Source: Octopus bimaculoides
Taxonomy: Eukaryota
Direction of reading: 5' to 3'
Assembly: GCF_001194135.2 (NCBI RefSeq)
Contig: NC_068981.1
Location: 89,668,649-89,732,648 of the forward strand
Length of the DNA stretch: 64,000 nucleotides
Shown here one piece after another: positions 63,735 through 64,000 of the stretch. A program made the translations under genes and the position numbers. The notes below the pieces were generated by a model, which did no database searches, had not been told where the DNA came from, and saw nothing but the letters and a program-made list of their open reading frames with translations. Position 1 is the first letter of the stretch. Every line of letters begins with the position of its first letter.

Positions 63735-64000
63735 CCACCAGCACAACTTGCCATATCACAAAGCAAATGAAGGACGAAATTTCGTTTGCGATAACATTAA
63801 AACAGTTTTAGTGAGTGCTTGAGTTCACAGTTTGTATACTTCTAAAACAATATTTAATTACATACATATTGTTTCAGACATGTATGTACCTGAACAAGCA
63901 TGTATGTATGTATGCATCTGCGCATGCATGCATACACATGTGTGTGTGCGCGCGTGTATGTGTCCGTGTGTGCGTGTACGTATCTATATATATACACATA

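Overview
Eukaryotic, AT-rich, microsatellite-dense draft sequence with many N gaps. The repeat content looks like an octopus/cephalopod genome (inference). The only host gene I can support is a minus-strand 5'-nucleotidase-family metallophosphoesterase (calcineurin-like phosphoesterase plus 5'-nucleotidase C domain). Eleven GT-AG coding exons from 27672 to 1161 join in phase into about 485 aa ending in TAG. The N-terminal exons were not found and probably lie in gaps or outside the window. The rest is transposon-derived: one near-complete decayed Penelope-like element (PLE, 41537-46915), several PLE GIY-YIG remnants, R4/Dong-like and CR1/L2-like LINE fragments, L1/Tx1-like fragments, a decayed Ty3/gypsy pol, hAT, pogo and mariner MITEs, and tRNA-derived SINEs. 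The most interesting signal is a set of minimal type I hammerhead-ribozyme motifs in at least five different sequence contexts. Two replace the catalytic C3-G8 pair with a compensatory pair (A3-U8 at 56566-56600, U3-A8 at 8606-8647), and one sits in a composite with a tRNA-like head. All folds were done by eye and no activity is demonstrated.
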